The notes under the pieces are model-generated. The model saw only the letters and a list, made by a program, of their open reading frames with translations, had not been told where the DNA came from and searched no databases. 64,000 bases of DNA from Balanoglossus misakiensis (Eukaryota > Animalia > Hemichordata). Below, in pieces: positions 37,228 to 49,231 of this stretch. The position numbers and the translations under genes are program-made. The DNA is taken from assembly GCA_040954595.2 (NCBI GenBank), contig CM082587.2, forward strand, positions 12,116,153 to 12,180,152. The letters are read 5' to 3'. Each line of letters starts with the position of its first letter. Position 1 is the first letter of the stretch.

Positions 37228-37430
37228 TGTTATGTTTCCATCAACATGGGAATAATAATGCGATCTTAGGTATAACAACAACCTATTTATTGATCGGCTG
37301 AAAAGACTCAACAATGTGCTTCGCCTAATCTGGGCGGAAGTGACGTCGTACAGCAATTCATAAACAAGTGGAACACCAACAATGCAACACTAGAGGGCGC
37401 TATATTGATCGTAGTTATCAGAATACTACA
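37228..37430 (-). repeat. 5' LTR (203 bp)
   Basis: Matches the 3' LTR except for one T indel seen by eye. Confidence 0.95.
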
Positions 37431-40400
37431 ATGATGACAAAAAAGTTTCGGGGTTCCGTGTAGTGCTACCCCGGAATACAATGTTGGGTGCAGACTACAA
37501 CTTTGGAAAAGAGATGCAGAATGTCATGTGATATAGTAGTGAAAACAAATACACGTTGGTTCACGTATTTCAGCTCTCAGCAATCAGGGTGCATTGAAAG
37601 GCCTTGATTGGTGTGATATTCACAATTGATGATTATAAATACTTACAGTTGTATACTGTTTTATTTTGTAAATATTGTGTACATTTGCAGCAATGAATCC
37701 GTGCGAACACAAACCTTAACCCATGCCGGAATGCTGGTACTTGCCAAGCAATCCAGGGATCTTGTACAGGCGTCACATGTCAATGTGCTGGCTGCTACCT
37801 GGGCTTCACATGTGAAACACGTGAGTACAGTACTTTGTCATTTATTAAAAAATCTAAGTGCTGAAGTACATTGTAGTAATAATAGCAGGTGTAGTCATTA
37901 TAATCATCATCATCATCATCTTTAAGTCAGTCAGTATGATCGGTAATAAAAACAGTAAAATCACCAGTATAAAAACATAACAGAGAAATAATGAACGTGT
38001 ACTGGTGTTACCATAGGTAAGTGTTGTATAAAATTTTGAATTCCTGTCTTCCAGTTCCTAATCCATGCTTCACTAGTCCTTGTCTCAATGGAGGTACCTG
38101 CCAACAACAGGCAAATTCTTGTACTGCCACCATTGGCATGTGCACAGAGTGTTACTAGGGAACCAGGTGTGAGACAAGTAAGTTTGAATCTATAGCAGTT
38201 AATAATGATAATTATCATTTTTTTATTATGATTTAAACTTCACTGATGTTGTACAAACACAAAAATAGAAATAATAATAATAATAATAATAATTTATTTG
38301 TATAGCGTCAGTATCCACAAAAAATGTGATCAATGACGCTTAAAGCAAAAGTACAATACAACAAATGGCTAAAAAACAGATTTAAAAAGTAAAGTTTTAA
38401 CATTTGATTTAAAAACAGATAAGTCTGGTGCCTGGCGAATGGTGAGTGGAAGATTATTCCAAAGAATTGGAGCAGCAACAGTAAAAGCACGATCACCATA
38501 ACTCTTGGTGCGTGATCGAACAGGGCAGAGTTTGTACTGATCAGCTGACCTTAAATTGCGACACGGAACATATAGATTAGTCATGCTAGAAAGATAGATT
38601 GGACCAAGTTTATGAATGGATTTAAAAATGAGAACTAACATCTTAAAAACAATACGCTCTGTAACAGGTAGCCAGTGCAGCTGATACTAAATTGGAGTGA
38701 TGTGACAGGTGATTTTTGAACGAGTAACAATTAGAAAGGGACAGCAGCTTAGATCTATTCCGTTTCCAAAGTGTTTGTTCTTTTAAACTACCTGTGCATT
38801 TTTTTTTTATTCTGATTATGCTAATATGCTAATTTGTCGGTTTGTCACATCACAATTTTTGTAGGAAACTCACCCCTGGGAATTTTTTTCAGCCACTTAC
38901 ATACATTCATAATCACATGACATTGATGATCATGGAAAATTTGACCCTTTTCCTTGTAGGACTCAACCAGTGTCCACCAAATCCTTGCCAGAATGGTGGC
39001 TTCTGTCAACCGGCTCGAAATTCCTGCTTTGATCTCACCTGCATATGTACTGGTTGCTACAAAGGTGATAGGTGTGAGATATGTAAGTATACAGCGCAGT
39101 CTCTTTTACCTTTTGTCTCTGATGCATTCAAATACTGCATGTTTCCTGAGCATAGGTGTAGCCATCACCACAGCAGAGCTTGGAGCGTTCTTGACATCGA
39201 ATGCAAGATTACACTCTTCCCAATCAAAATCACTTTCGTAGCGCATAATGTCTTGATTGTCTTAGTTCAAGAAACATTATGCGCGACTGGCCAATTTTAC
39301 TGCCTTTTGTCAACACACATCCACTATGGAAATTCTCACTCCAGGCCAGATAGTGTAAATTTGCATATGAGTCTACAGGTATGCCTGAAGTCAAGTCAAG
39401 CATTTGCAAGGAACCCTCCTCCAGTACACAGGTCTTTGATTTCATGAAGGGAAGCCTTTGCCTTACAGTCACTGCCACATGATCTATGGAGGTGTGAACA
39501 ACTTGATACCAGCCTAATATAAGTTGTAGGCACAATCACTCCACACACCCTTGCCATAATTCTGCAAGGTTTTTGCCAAGTTTGTAGAATGAGTAGCAAG
39601 GAATAAAATGGCGTCCTTTCTTAATTTCCAGTGCAAAACCCCTGTGATCCCAACCCATGTATGAATGGTGGATTTTGCCAGCAAACATCGTGCAATTTCT
39701 ATTCATGCCAGTGTGTGAACTCTTACACAGGTGACATCTGTCAAACCATAGACCCTAGAGAAAGAAGGACGAGCAACTGCGGCAAAGATCAAAGGGTTTG
39801 GTTGGGGATTATCTGTATGATGATGTTCTTTTGCATATAATTAACACCCAGGACAGTTGGACAATGACTTCCTTACTTCGGCACATGTCGACCCCACCAG
39901 TGATGTGAAAACTTGCCACCAAACTGGCACTCCTGCATTTCAGCAGCCATTGCGTTTTTTTCTAAAATTCTAAAAGTATTACGATGTCTGTGCTAATTAT
40001 TATGGTTTGGTGTTCGTCTGTCGGTTGAACGGTCATTTCTAGTGCCACAAGCTTCATTTAAAAATTGTAAACAAATCATCCATGTTTTTTGCATGTCCGA
40101 CTGGGCACTCATATTTCTTGGTAACGCTGACACTTTTCGTAATAATTTTATGTTTGCGTGAAGCATTGAAACAAAAATTGTGGTTTAGGGGCATTTTATT
40201 TCGCAGTGCGTTAACAATAAAACAGATTTCACGAAAACAATTTGTAAACAAACTGGGTGGATTTTCATGTGTGCGCTATGCAAATACCCACATGGTAAAT
40301 TAAAACTGTTACAGGTGTATTTGATTTCCACATATGGATTACATGTGTGATAATATTGGGTGCTGGCAGTTTCAGTAAATGAACTGCTCTTAAAAGTTGG

Positions 40401-40565
40401 GCGTCAGGGCACCCTTGACATTGCCTGTTCCAAGCTAGAATGGTCTGTCCATATGAATATTTCTTCAGCAAGTTACAAGCAATCTTTTTAGTTTTGAATG
40501 AAAAAATAGTGAAATGACTTGTGATGTTAATATGCAATTGTTGGTTGATTTACATGCATCTCCAG

Positions 40566-40688
40566 GACTCGGTCAATGTTCTCCCAATCTGTGCATGAAC
40601 AACGGTATCTGTGAGCCAATCAGTAGATCGTGCAGTTCGTTTACCTGTCGCTGTCAAGGCTGTTTCATTGGAATCACCTGTGACCAAG
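40566..40688 (+). CDS. Open 8-Cys EGF-like exon found only in copy 2 (GLGQCSPNLCMNNGICEPISRSCSSFTCRCQGCFIGITCDQ)
   Basis: tccag acceptor, gtaaat donor, 123 bp, 8 Cys with the same spacing as sibling exons. Confidence 0.55.
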
Positions 40689-43600
40689 GTAAATTTATCA
40701 GACGAGGATCTGTTTATCCCCCATCATACCGGTATATTTGTCATAGCTGGCAGCTATGAAATTACCTGTATATTTAGGATGTGACAAACCAAATAGGCAC
40801 TTTCAGGAATTGAGTCTTTTTTCAATTACCAAAGTCCTAAACTCCCAAAAGTATAATAAGTAATTCTTATTGTTCAGTTATACATTTAGGAGGCTCAGTT
40901 ATAGGAGAACCCGATAGAACCACAGCTGTAGGAATTAGGGAAATGGTCATACCCTAAAAACTTATGTCACTGCTATTTTTTTTTAATGCCATTGAAACAG
41001 AACAAACACCATGTAGGCCAAGTCCATGCCTGAACAATGGGCAGTGTACTCAGCTGTCGTGTACAACTTATGAGTGTACTTGTGCAGGATGTTTCATCGG
41101 CACACACTGCAGCCAGTGTAAAACTCATTAAAACAAACATTTGTCATGCAGGAACTAACATTTACAATCATGTCTCAATACATTGTCTGTTGGTCATACT
41201 TTATATTTTCATCTTCAGCATCACACCTTGGGCCTTGGGAATCGGTCACCTCAAAAATGATGTACAGCTGAAAGAAAACATGTTTATTTGAAGAAAAAAA
41301 TGTTGATCGTTCATGAAAATTTTCCCTACACAAGATACATATACAGAGATTTTCATAGCCCCACAAGTGCGTCCCAGAATGAGCAAGTTGTTTTTAGAAG
41401 TGAAGTTCCGTTCAGTATTTACAGTAATGGTAATGATGATGTTTTTATCAAACAGATTTTGAAAGTAAATATTGCTGAGATAACATTAGGTTGCACTTTT
41501 TATTGCAGTCCAAGATCCATGCCAGCGAAACAGCTGTCTCAACGGGGCTGTATGTAATGCAGTGGCCAACTCCTGCACGGCATATACCTGTGCCTGTACT
41601 GGTTGCTATGAGGGTAACTGTTGTGAAATATGTAAGTTTCTGACGTACCGTAAATGACAATCTTTTGGGCACTTTCTCTTCATGGCAATTGAATTGTGTG
41701 GTAACTTCTCATTTCTAAAATTTCCACAAGAGAAAAGAAAGGAAAAGAAAACAGAAATTTCATTTGTATGTCCGTGCAATTTAGGATAGGCACGAACTTG
41801 TGAGGAAGTGTACGAAGCTGGATGTTTTCATCACTCAAATATACAAGAGTTGCCTCTTGAAGACTAGTGTCTGTAGAGATAATTGTGCATATGAGGTAAT
41901 CTCTCCTAAGGTGGTGCACACATCTGAGTATTAAGTAAAAGAGACGTCCTTAATTATCCTTACTATTTGGCTTGAAAAATCAATCATACTAGGTGTTCTG
42001 ATTAGAGAGGTGTCCATAAAGACAGGTTTTACTGTATTACCCAAAATAGAGACATTGTCCCTTCATGCGTGTTCTGGGTATGGTTCCAGTATAATGCTTG
42101 TGTCAAAGGATTTTGTTGTGGTGCAGGAATCATCTTTGGTTGAGGTGTAGCCATCTGCATTTCATGTTTTTTAAACTATTTTTTTTCTGATAGTCATTAA
42201 CCCATGTGATCAGAATCCGTGTCAAAATGGAGGCTATTGTTCCCAAACACCAAATTCTTATACTGACTACACCTGTTACTGCCAGTAGTGTTGGACTGGG
42301 GCCATCTGTGCCGTAGGTGTGTCGAATTACTGTTTTATGACACAGCATGGTATATAAACCCTCATTTTTGGTATTCTCAATGTGATAGATGGACCCATAC
42401 ACCAATAAATGGGGTGGAAGCATTACTAAGTTTCATCCTTTCAAAATTTGCTGATGTAGGGTCAAAATTGAGTGTGAGGTGCACGTTAAAAAGGAAAGCC
42501 TTCTGTATCATGTTGATGGCACATTTTTTAATTTTTCAAGATTCTTACAGAAAAATCCTAGCAATAGCATCATTATGTTATTTTAAATGTACAGGTTTGA
42601 AACAAGGAATGAAGACATTGCTCACATATTTAAACGAAATGAACATCACAAGTACATGTACAAGTTTTTGACAAGCAGGTAATTGATACTTTCATTTTTG
42701 TTTTGGCAGCCATTGATCAGTTATACTCTATGCCTTGTCAAAATGGTGGCATTTGCGTTGCGCGAGACGGCTGTTTCCTGTTTGACTGTATGTGTACCGA
42801 ATGCTTCACTGGTGCCACATGTACAATGCGTAAGTACAAACCAATATTATATTATTCAATGCAAAACACTTGTTATGTATTATATAATATAAGTACGGTA
42901 CACATATTAAAGCCCTGGTAACTCAAACTTTGGGCTAGCTTAATGTTATCACTATTTTTGTTATTGGTAAAAGTCTTTGAAATTTAGTATGAAGCCTCCT
43001 AATGTTGTCTAAGTAACCATAGTTTTGTTCAAATTGTTGCAAAATTTGCATATCTATAATTTTGAGCAATATTTGCCATTTTTGGTCAAAAAATGTTTTT
43101 CTTTAAAACCTCATGCCAGATTGCTTTGCAATTTGGTAGGCATGTTCGTAGGGGTAACCTAAATAATATGTTGTAAAAAATGTGATCTTTGCATAAATGT
43201 GTTATCGGGGAAGCTTTTGCAATTTTTGTCAAAAATTGTTTTCTCTGAAACCGCTTGTCCTATTGCATTGAACTTAGGCAGCATGTTCCTTGTAGTGATT
43301 GAAGTAAGATATTGTACAATTTTGGTGATATTTGCATATTTGTGTTTTTTTCCACTTTTGAACAAATATTTTCTGTGAAACTGCTTGTTGGATTGCTTTG
43401 AAATTAGTTTTTTCTCTGATTGCTTTGAAATTTAGGATATAATTTCATAACACATACCTGTATATGTGCAACTTTTATTCAATTCTGAGATCAGAAAGAT
43501 TAAATATTTAGCGAGTTTTTTTGGTAAGTTTCTTTGTTTTTGGTTAGCAAATCTTCTCCTAAACAAATTGTCCAGTTGTTTTTAAAGTTACTATTTACAA

Positions 43601-44966
43601 GGAGTTGTTACCTCGAACAAAGACATGTTTACATAACTTAAATAGGCTAGCTGTTACAGAGACCACCAGCTATCAAATTTTAATTACCAGTGGCAGGTCA
43701 GTGTGTGTCTGTTCCAGGGCTGACTGAAAGAAGTTGCTTCGCATATGTGTTTGTACAGACAATTTTTGGTCAATTTTTTTTTTTCTAGCACCACTTGTAA
43801 GACTGCCAATACACATGACAGTTTATTGGGCATGTTCCTTGTTAATGTTTTTACATTCCATATTTCTATATGGTCAGATCATGTGCTTGCAAATGTCACC
43901 TGTAATTTTTATTCTGGTGTGTCACTGTTTCCGCATAATCCTCAAATGTCATCAGATCTCCGAATGTGATGAAAACAGTGTGTTTTGAGTGTTTTTTTAA
44001 ATGACCTTTTGGGTTAAAAGTGGCAAAAATGGCTGACTTTTTTGGAATCAGCACCATTTTTTACATTGAATGGACTAGTCTGCTCAAACTTTCCTTACCA
44101 AAAATTCTGAGTGACATAACGCATTCTGTGATTGGTGCAGTCACGTACCCACCAATCGAACGCTTGTTATAAGGAGAACTGCACAACCTTTAACCGCATT
44201 AGCATACCTGATTTTTAGGGCTCGATATTACCTCTGAGGACGCAATATTTAAGTTGAAGTTTTTCTTTTATCATATTAGAGCTAGAAGACTTGTTTTTTA
44301 TGTAAAAGAAATAGACCCTAATATACAGAGTGCATTTTGAAACGATAGGCAGGTCCGGCCCATAGCCTAATTCTTCATTTTTCTGTCATGCGTAGGAATT
44401 GATCAGTGCTAACAACCCATGTCAAAATGGCAGCACTTGCCAACCCTAACCTCGTGTGTGGCATTGACGTGCACCTGCCAAGGATGCTATACTGGGAGCG
44501 CTGTGAAAATTGTCAGTCAGTTTCTTTTGTCAAATTAATCAATATGTGTGGGACTGCTATACATGTATATAAAACAGAATACTGCGATGGAAAATTCTAT
44601 AACTTAATGTTTCACTGGATATATGACTTAAAGTTAGCAGGATGCAGTGAATTCAACAGAAAGTGTAATTTCCTCTTGTGTGAGCTCTGTGCAACTGTGC
44701 CAATGAAAATCTCACCACAAACAAAAATGACGGGTATACACTGTATATTAGCAGCTTTGTCTCTGCAATAGCCATAGTGTTTTGAAGTTGAAAACTTGCA
44801 AAGTGTGCAGTTTTATTCACACTACAAAGGAAACATTGTTGAAACGGATTATCTGTGTACATTGTCAAACTGTACACTTGTCGTGAGATTTATTCTCAAT
44901 TATATTATATCATGCTACCGTCCGCAATTCTGATTGGACGAGAGCTAAATCCAGCGATGCTAAAAT

Positions 44967-45280
44967 TAAGCAATAAAACACCCCCAGCCATGGTATATCA
45001 CGAGATTTTGACCAGTTCACGACATATACGCACGAGCGATAGCGAGTGCGTATATGGAGTTGAACTGGTCAAAATCGAGTGGTATACCATGGCTGGGGGT
45101 GTTTTATTGCTATTATATTATGCCAGTATATTGAAACTTTGCATAAAACATTTTAAAAAGGCATTTTCTTTAACTATGATATATGACTGTGGTATATGGC
45201 TAATATATCACGGTCACGTGTCGTGTCTCGACCAATCAAATAGCGTGATTTACACCATCAATATACTGGTATAATATAAT
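44967..45280. mobile_element. Second double-inverted-repeat element (Crypton-like by inference); absent from copy 1
   Basis: 143-bp hairpin at 44969-45111 abutting IR attatattatgccagtatattga (45112-45134) / tcaatatactggtataatataat (45258-45280). Copy 1 reads gctaaaat|actcaataat. Confidence 0.75.
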
Positions 45281-46512
45281 ACTCAATAATGCACTGCTGG
45301 CAGTGGTAAAACGGGCTTTCTGTTTGCCACATGGGTTTGTTCTTTAGGTTGTTGTATGTGTTTACACTCATCATGTTTATTGTAGAACCAGGGTCGATCA
45401 GTGAGGCAACTGCTGTTTGTTCTATCTGCACTGTTACTCGAGGCCTCCTACCATTTGATTGTTGTACAGTGAAGCAGTATTCATCTCCCGAGCTGTCTTC
45501 CACTTTATGCACAGCTTTGACTGTTTCATCCTTGTCTACCCTATTTGCCTTGCCTTTTGATCGGTAGCATTTGGCAAAATGGTTAGGTTTGCCACACTTC
45601 CTGCATGACTTGCCTTTAGCTGGACATACTGAGTCATGTGGATAGGTGCCACCACAATCATAACAAGTGGACGGTCCTTTCGCTGGCTGCTGATGAGCTC
45701 TCTTTTGTTTATTGGGTTTCGGGCGTTGATGGCGCTGTTTTCTGACCGCATTCACAGATGCCGTGTCTGCACCATTATTATGGGGTTTCTCCTCAATCCC
45801 ACTAGCCTGAACCTCTGATACCTCAAATGAACGGGCTGTACTCAGTAGCTTCTCTAGTGTCGTCTCCTCCCAAAGAGCACGACGTCTGAGACGGGCTGAT
45901 GTGAATCCTCGTATGATTTGTGATTTGACCTCTTGATCCTTATTGGTGAAGTCACATATGTTTCTGCTAGGCGTTGCAAACAAGTGTGATAGGCATCAAT
46001 CGATTCGCCGTTGTTTTGTATGGTGTCTCTGAAGATGAATCGTTCGTATTCAATGTTCCGTTTGGGTGAGAAGTACGACGCAAGCTTTAATTTGGCTGTT
46101 TCACAGCTCGTTCCTGTATCTGGTAGAGTATCAAAGAAGTCGGAAACTTCCTCACCTGGCCAGTGCAATAGCAGTGCACGTTGTCGCTTGTCATCTGTAA
46201 TGTTGAATGCGACAAATGCGTTTTCTACTCTAGCCATGTACTTTTTCCATCTCGTACTGGTGGTTGTCGGGTCTGAATGAACAGGAAAACTCCGCATTGA
46301 CGGCTAGCTGATTCTCCATGTTCTCCGTCCTCGTCGCCAAATATAGAATCGTGGGTGGGCAATAATGACAACACGAGACACCAAGTCCAGCATGTAAGAG
46401 TGAGAGTGCCTAGCCTCGTTCACGCACTTTATTCATAATGACCCGAATGTTGCATTACGTCATTTTACAGAATGTATAAAGTATAGATGCTCACCAGTGT
46501 TTGGACACTACA
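45281..46512 (-). mobile_element. gag: Truncated Mag-like Gypsy element: 5' LTR (~46342-46512), PBS TGGCGACGAGGA, frameshifted gag, start of protease
   Basis: ORFs 45854-46297 and 45258-45983: RWKKYMARVENAF...RQRALLLH...YERFIFR, zinc knuckles, LIDPGS. Confidence 0.85.
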
Positions 46513-48388
46513 ATATACATGTGACTGCAGTGTCTTTCCAATCATGAATTTGCAAGGTGTCCTTCGGAGAAAATCTTCTGATTCTCTTTTATGATTTGCT
46601 TTGCATATATAACTTAATGATCTCATTTGTTGGAATTCCCTGTCTCAAATTTTTGATGATCAGTCTCTGCCCCATTGCTCATCGTCCCAACTTTCTTGTG
46701 TATTGAAAACCAGGAATCAACCAATGCGATCCCAATCCGTGCTTGAACAGTGGTTTCTGCCAGAGGACATCTGGATCATGTGAACTGTACACATGTTTCT
46801 GTCAGAATTGTTTTCACTGGTGACCTTTGTGAACAAAGTAAGTTTTGATTTATTGTCTTGGGTTATCAATTTATACAGTTCAAAGTATCACCATTTCTTT
46901 CAATATGTAGATTTTTTTGTTTTTCTCTACAAGTGTTATCAAGATCTGCATGAAAATTTGTGTCGCTGTTCTAGTTTATGAATTATGAGGCTGTTCTATG
47001 AGCTGAGCCATTCAATGAAATTAAACATGGTGACCATATGATTTTATCTGACCACGGAATATAATTTCTATTGATGGAGCCATTTGATTTTTTGTTTATA
47101 CATGAAAATAGCAATACCGGAAGTAATTAAGCATTAAATCCCATGTTCTATGTCACACACGTGGCTATACGGGCCAGTTCATGTGATAACAAACATAATT
47201 AATGGGAAAATGGTAGCGAGAGAGAGACTTAGTCCCTTCAATTCTTGAGTTGATTGGCGAGCCACCTTCGATTCGATCAGGATGACCTCCAATCACAAAG
47301 TGTATATCAGTACATGTGACACTAGGACTCTGAGAACTAACCAGGGGTAAGGGAAAAGGTAGCCCTTAGAAACAAATTTGGTAAGGTTACACCTGGCATG
47401 TTGAAAGATGTGCCCCCGGGACATGCCCCACCTTAGGTTGACACCAGAGTTTCACAAGAAAGTTGTGTATGACACAAAAACGGAAAATTCCCCCGTACTG
47501 ACTATTCATCAGACAGTTTTATGAGTAGTAACAATAGGAGCTATGGGGGTAAATGCCAAAAGAAGTTGCCCTCCTTGTCCTAGGGCAGGCGAATATGACA
47601 ACAACAGATCACATAGCATTCGTGGGAAGGAGGGGATTCAACCCACACTTTCTTATTGGTGTTGGGAAAATGATGCCCTTGAACCCATGCCCCGAAACAC
47701 TTTCCGATCAAGGTATGATCCAAGTCTGGGTGAAGGAGGGCCTTGGGGACAGGATGTTTTCAGTTATGGGGAGGCATGGGATAGGGACAATTTCGACACT
47801 TTTGCCACGTGCAGTACAGAGGGGATGCGATCAGAACCATTATCCTGGAGAGTTTGCAGGGACGTTCCATCAATATGAACTGGAAGGGTTTACCAGATAT
47901 TTTACGCCACCTGCACCCCCATATTCAATGAGGCCCACACCGAACCCAGCTAGTCCATACAACCAACAGTATGAATCACCACCTCATGCTGGGCGTAGCC
48001 ATAGGCTATACATGCCTGCCGGTATCGAAGACCATTATGAGTATTGGTACAAGACCCCTCTTGAGAATGAATCATGGTTCCACCCTTATGGTAAAAAGTA
48101 AGATTACTCCATGCTAATAAATTATTAGAATGAAAGTACATTCCAAGTGACTTGTTGGGAGCATCGGGCCACTTAAACCCGAAAAATTGCAATTGGCCTG
48201 ATTTTCAGTTAACCAATCTAAAGCCCAACTTTTCGTGTATTTAGTTGGGTTTCTAAAACTAACACATTTTTTGACAATATTAATGGCATGATGAACACTA
48301 CTCTCATCAAATAAAATAATGTTGTGTCGTCCACAACTGGTGTAATTTTTATGTGTTTGGAATCGTAGACACCATTTATCTTTTAGTC

Positions 48389-49231
48389 TATCTATCTATC
48401 TACCTTACTGGCCAACTTCAACATATTGAAGGCTTTGCCAGTGAGTGCACCCTAGTACAGGACATCAAAAATGTCAGTTTTCTGGTTTGGTGAAGTATAG
48501 TGCCAAAGAAGATTTGAAGGATTCATGTGACCCTGCAGATATGATGTCTGGTGGTATACTATTCCAGTCTTGGATTGTTCTTGGAAAGAAGGAATATTTT
48601 CTGTAGTCTGTTTTGAATTTGGGAATTTTATAACGTTTACTATATGCATGTGTCTAGTGAGTCTTAGCGGGGGTTGGAGATGCTGAAGATTGTTCATGGC
48701 AACAGTTCCTGTTGAAATTTTATATGGCATCGATAGTCTGGCTTCTTTTCTACGTTGTTCTAATGATGTCCAATGTAAGGTATTTATCATGTTGTCAACA
48801 CTAGAGCGATTTGGAAATCTGCCAGTCACGTAGCGTGCAGCGCGTCTTTGTGTTTTTTCTAACAAAGCTATGTCGGTCTGTTCATATGGGTCCCAAACAG
48901 TGGAGGCGTATTCAACTAGTGGTCTTACAAGTGTTGTGTATGCCTTCTCTTTCACCGATGTTGATCCTATGTTGAGATTTCTACGGAGGAAACCAAGTGT
49001 TTTGTTTGCTTTGTTGCATATTAAAGTAATATGTTGGTGCCAATCAAGATCAGCTGTCAGTGTGCACCCTAGATACTTTTCGGATGAGCTGTGTTTGATT
49101 ATCTTCCCGTTTAAACTGTACTGGTTAATTATCATTGAACGTTTCCTTGTTACTGACAGAACAGAGCATTTGTGTGGATGAAAAGACATTTTCCATTTGT
49201 TGGCCCACGCTGCTAGTTTGTCTAGATCAGA
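48389..49231 (-). mobile_element. 5'-truncated CR1-group LINE insertion; absent from copy 1
   Basis: ORF 48452-49189 (KYLG...NKANKTLGFLRRNL...LVRPLVEYASTVWDP), (TAGA)n 3' tail, tagtc direct repeat on both sides, empty site at ~24253. Confidence 0.88.

Larger units (their letters stand above)
32542..37430 (-). mobile_element. Full-length Ty3/Gypsy (Mag-like) LTR retrotransposon; copy 2 only
   Basis: TG...CA LTRs, 5-bp TSD atgat (32537-32541, 37431-37435), PBS, PPT, gag-PR-RT-RH-INT order. Empty site actcggatgatgacgaaa in copies 1 and 3. Confidence 0.97.
37691..46837 (+). pseudogene. 8-Cys EGF exon array, copy 2 (11 exons; three deleted, one extra)
   Basis: Paralogous exons with shared lesions. 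Lacks the equivalents of 17495, 18002 and 18566. Confidence 0.85.
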
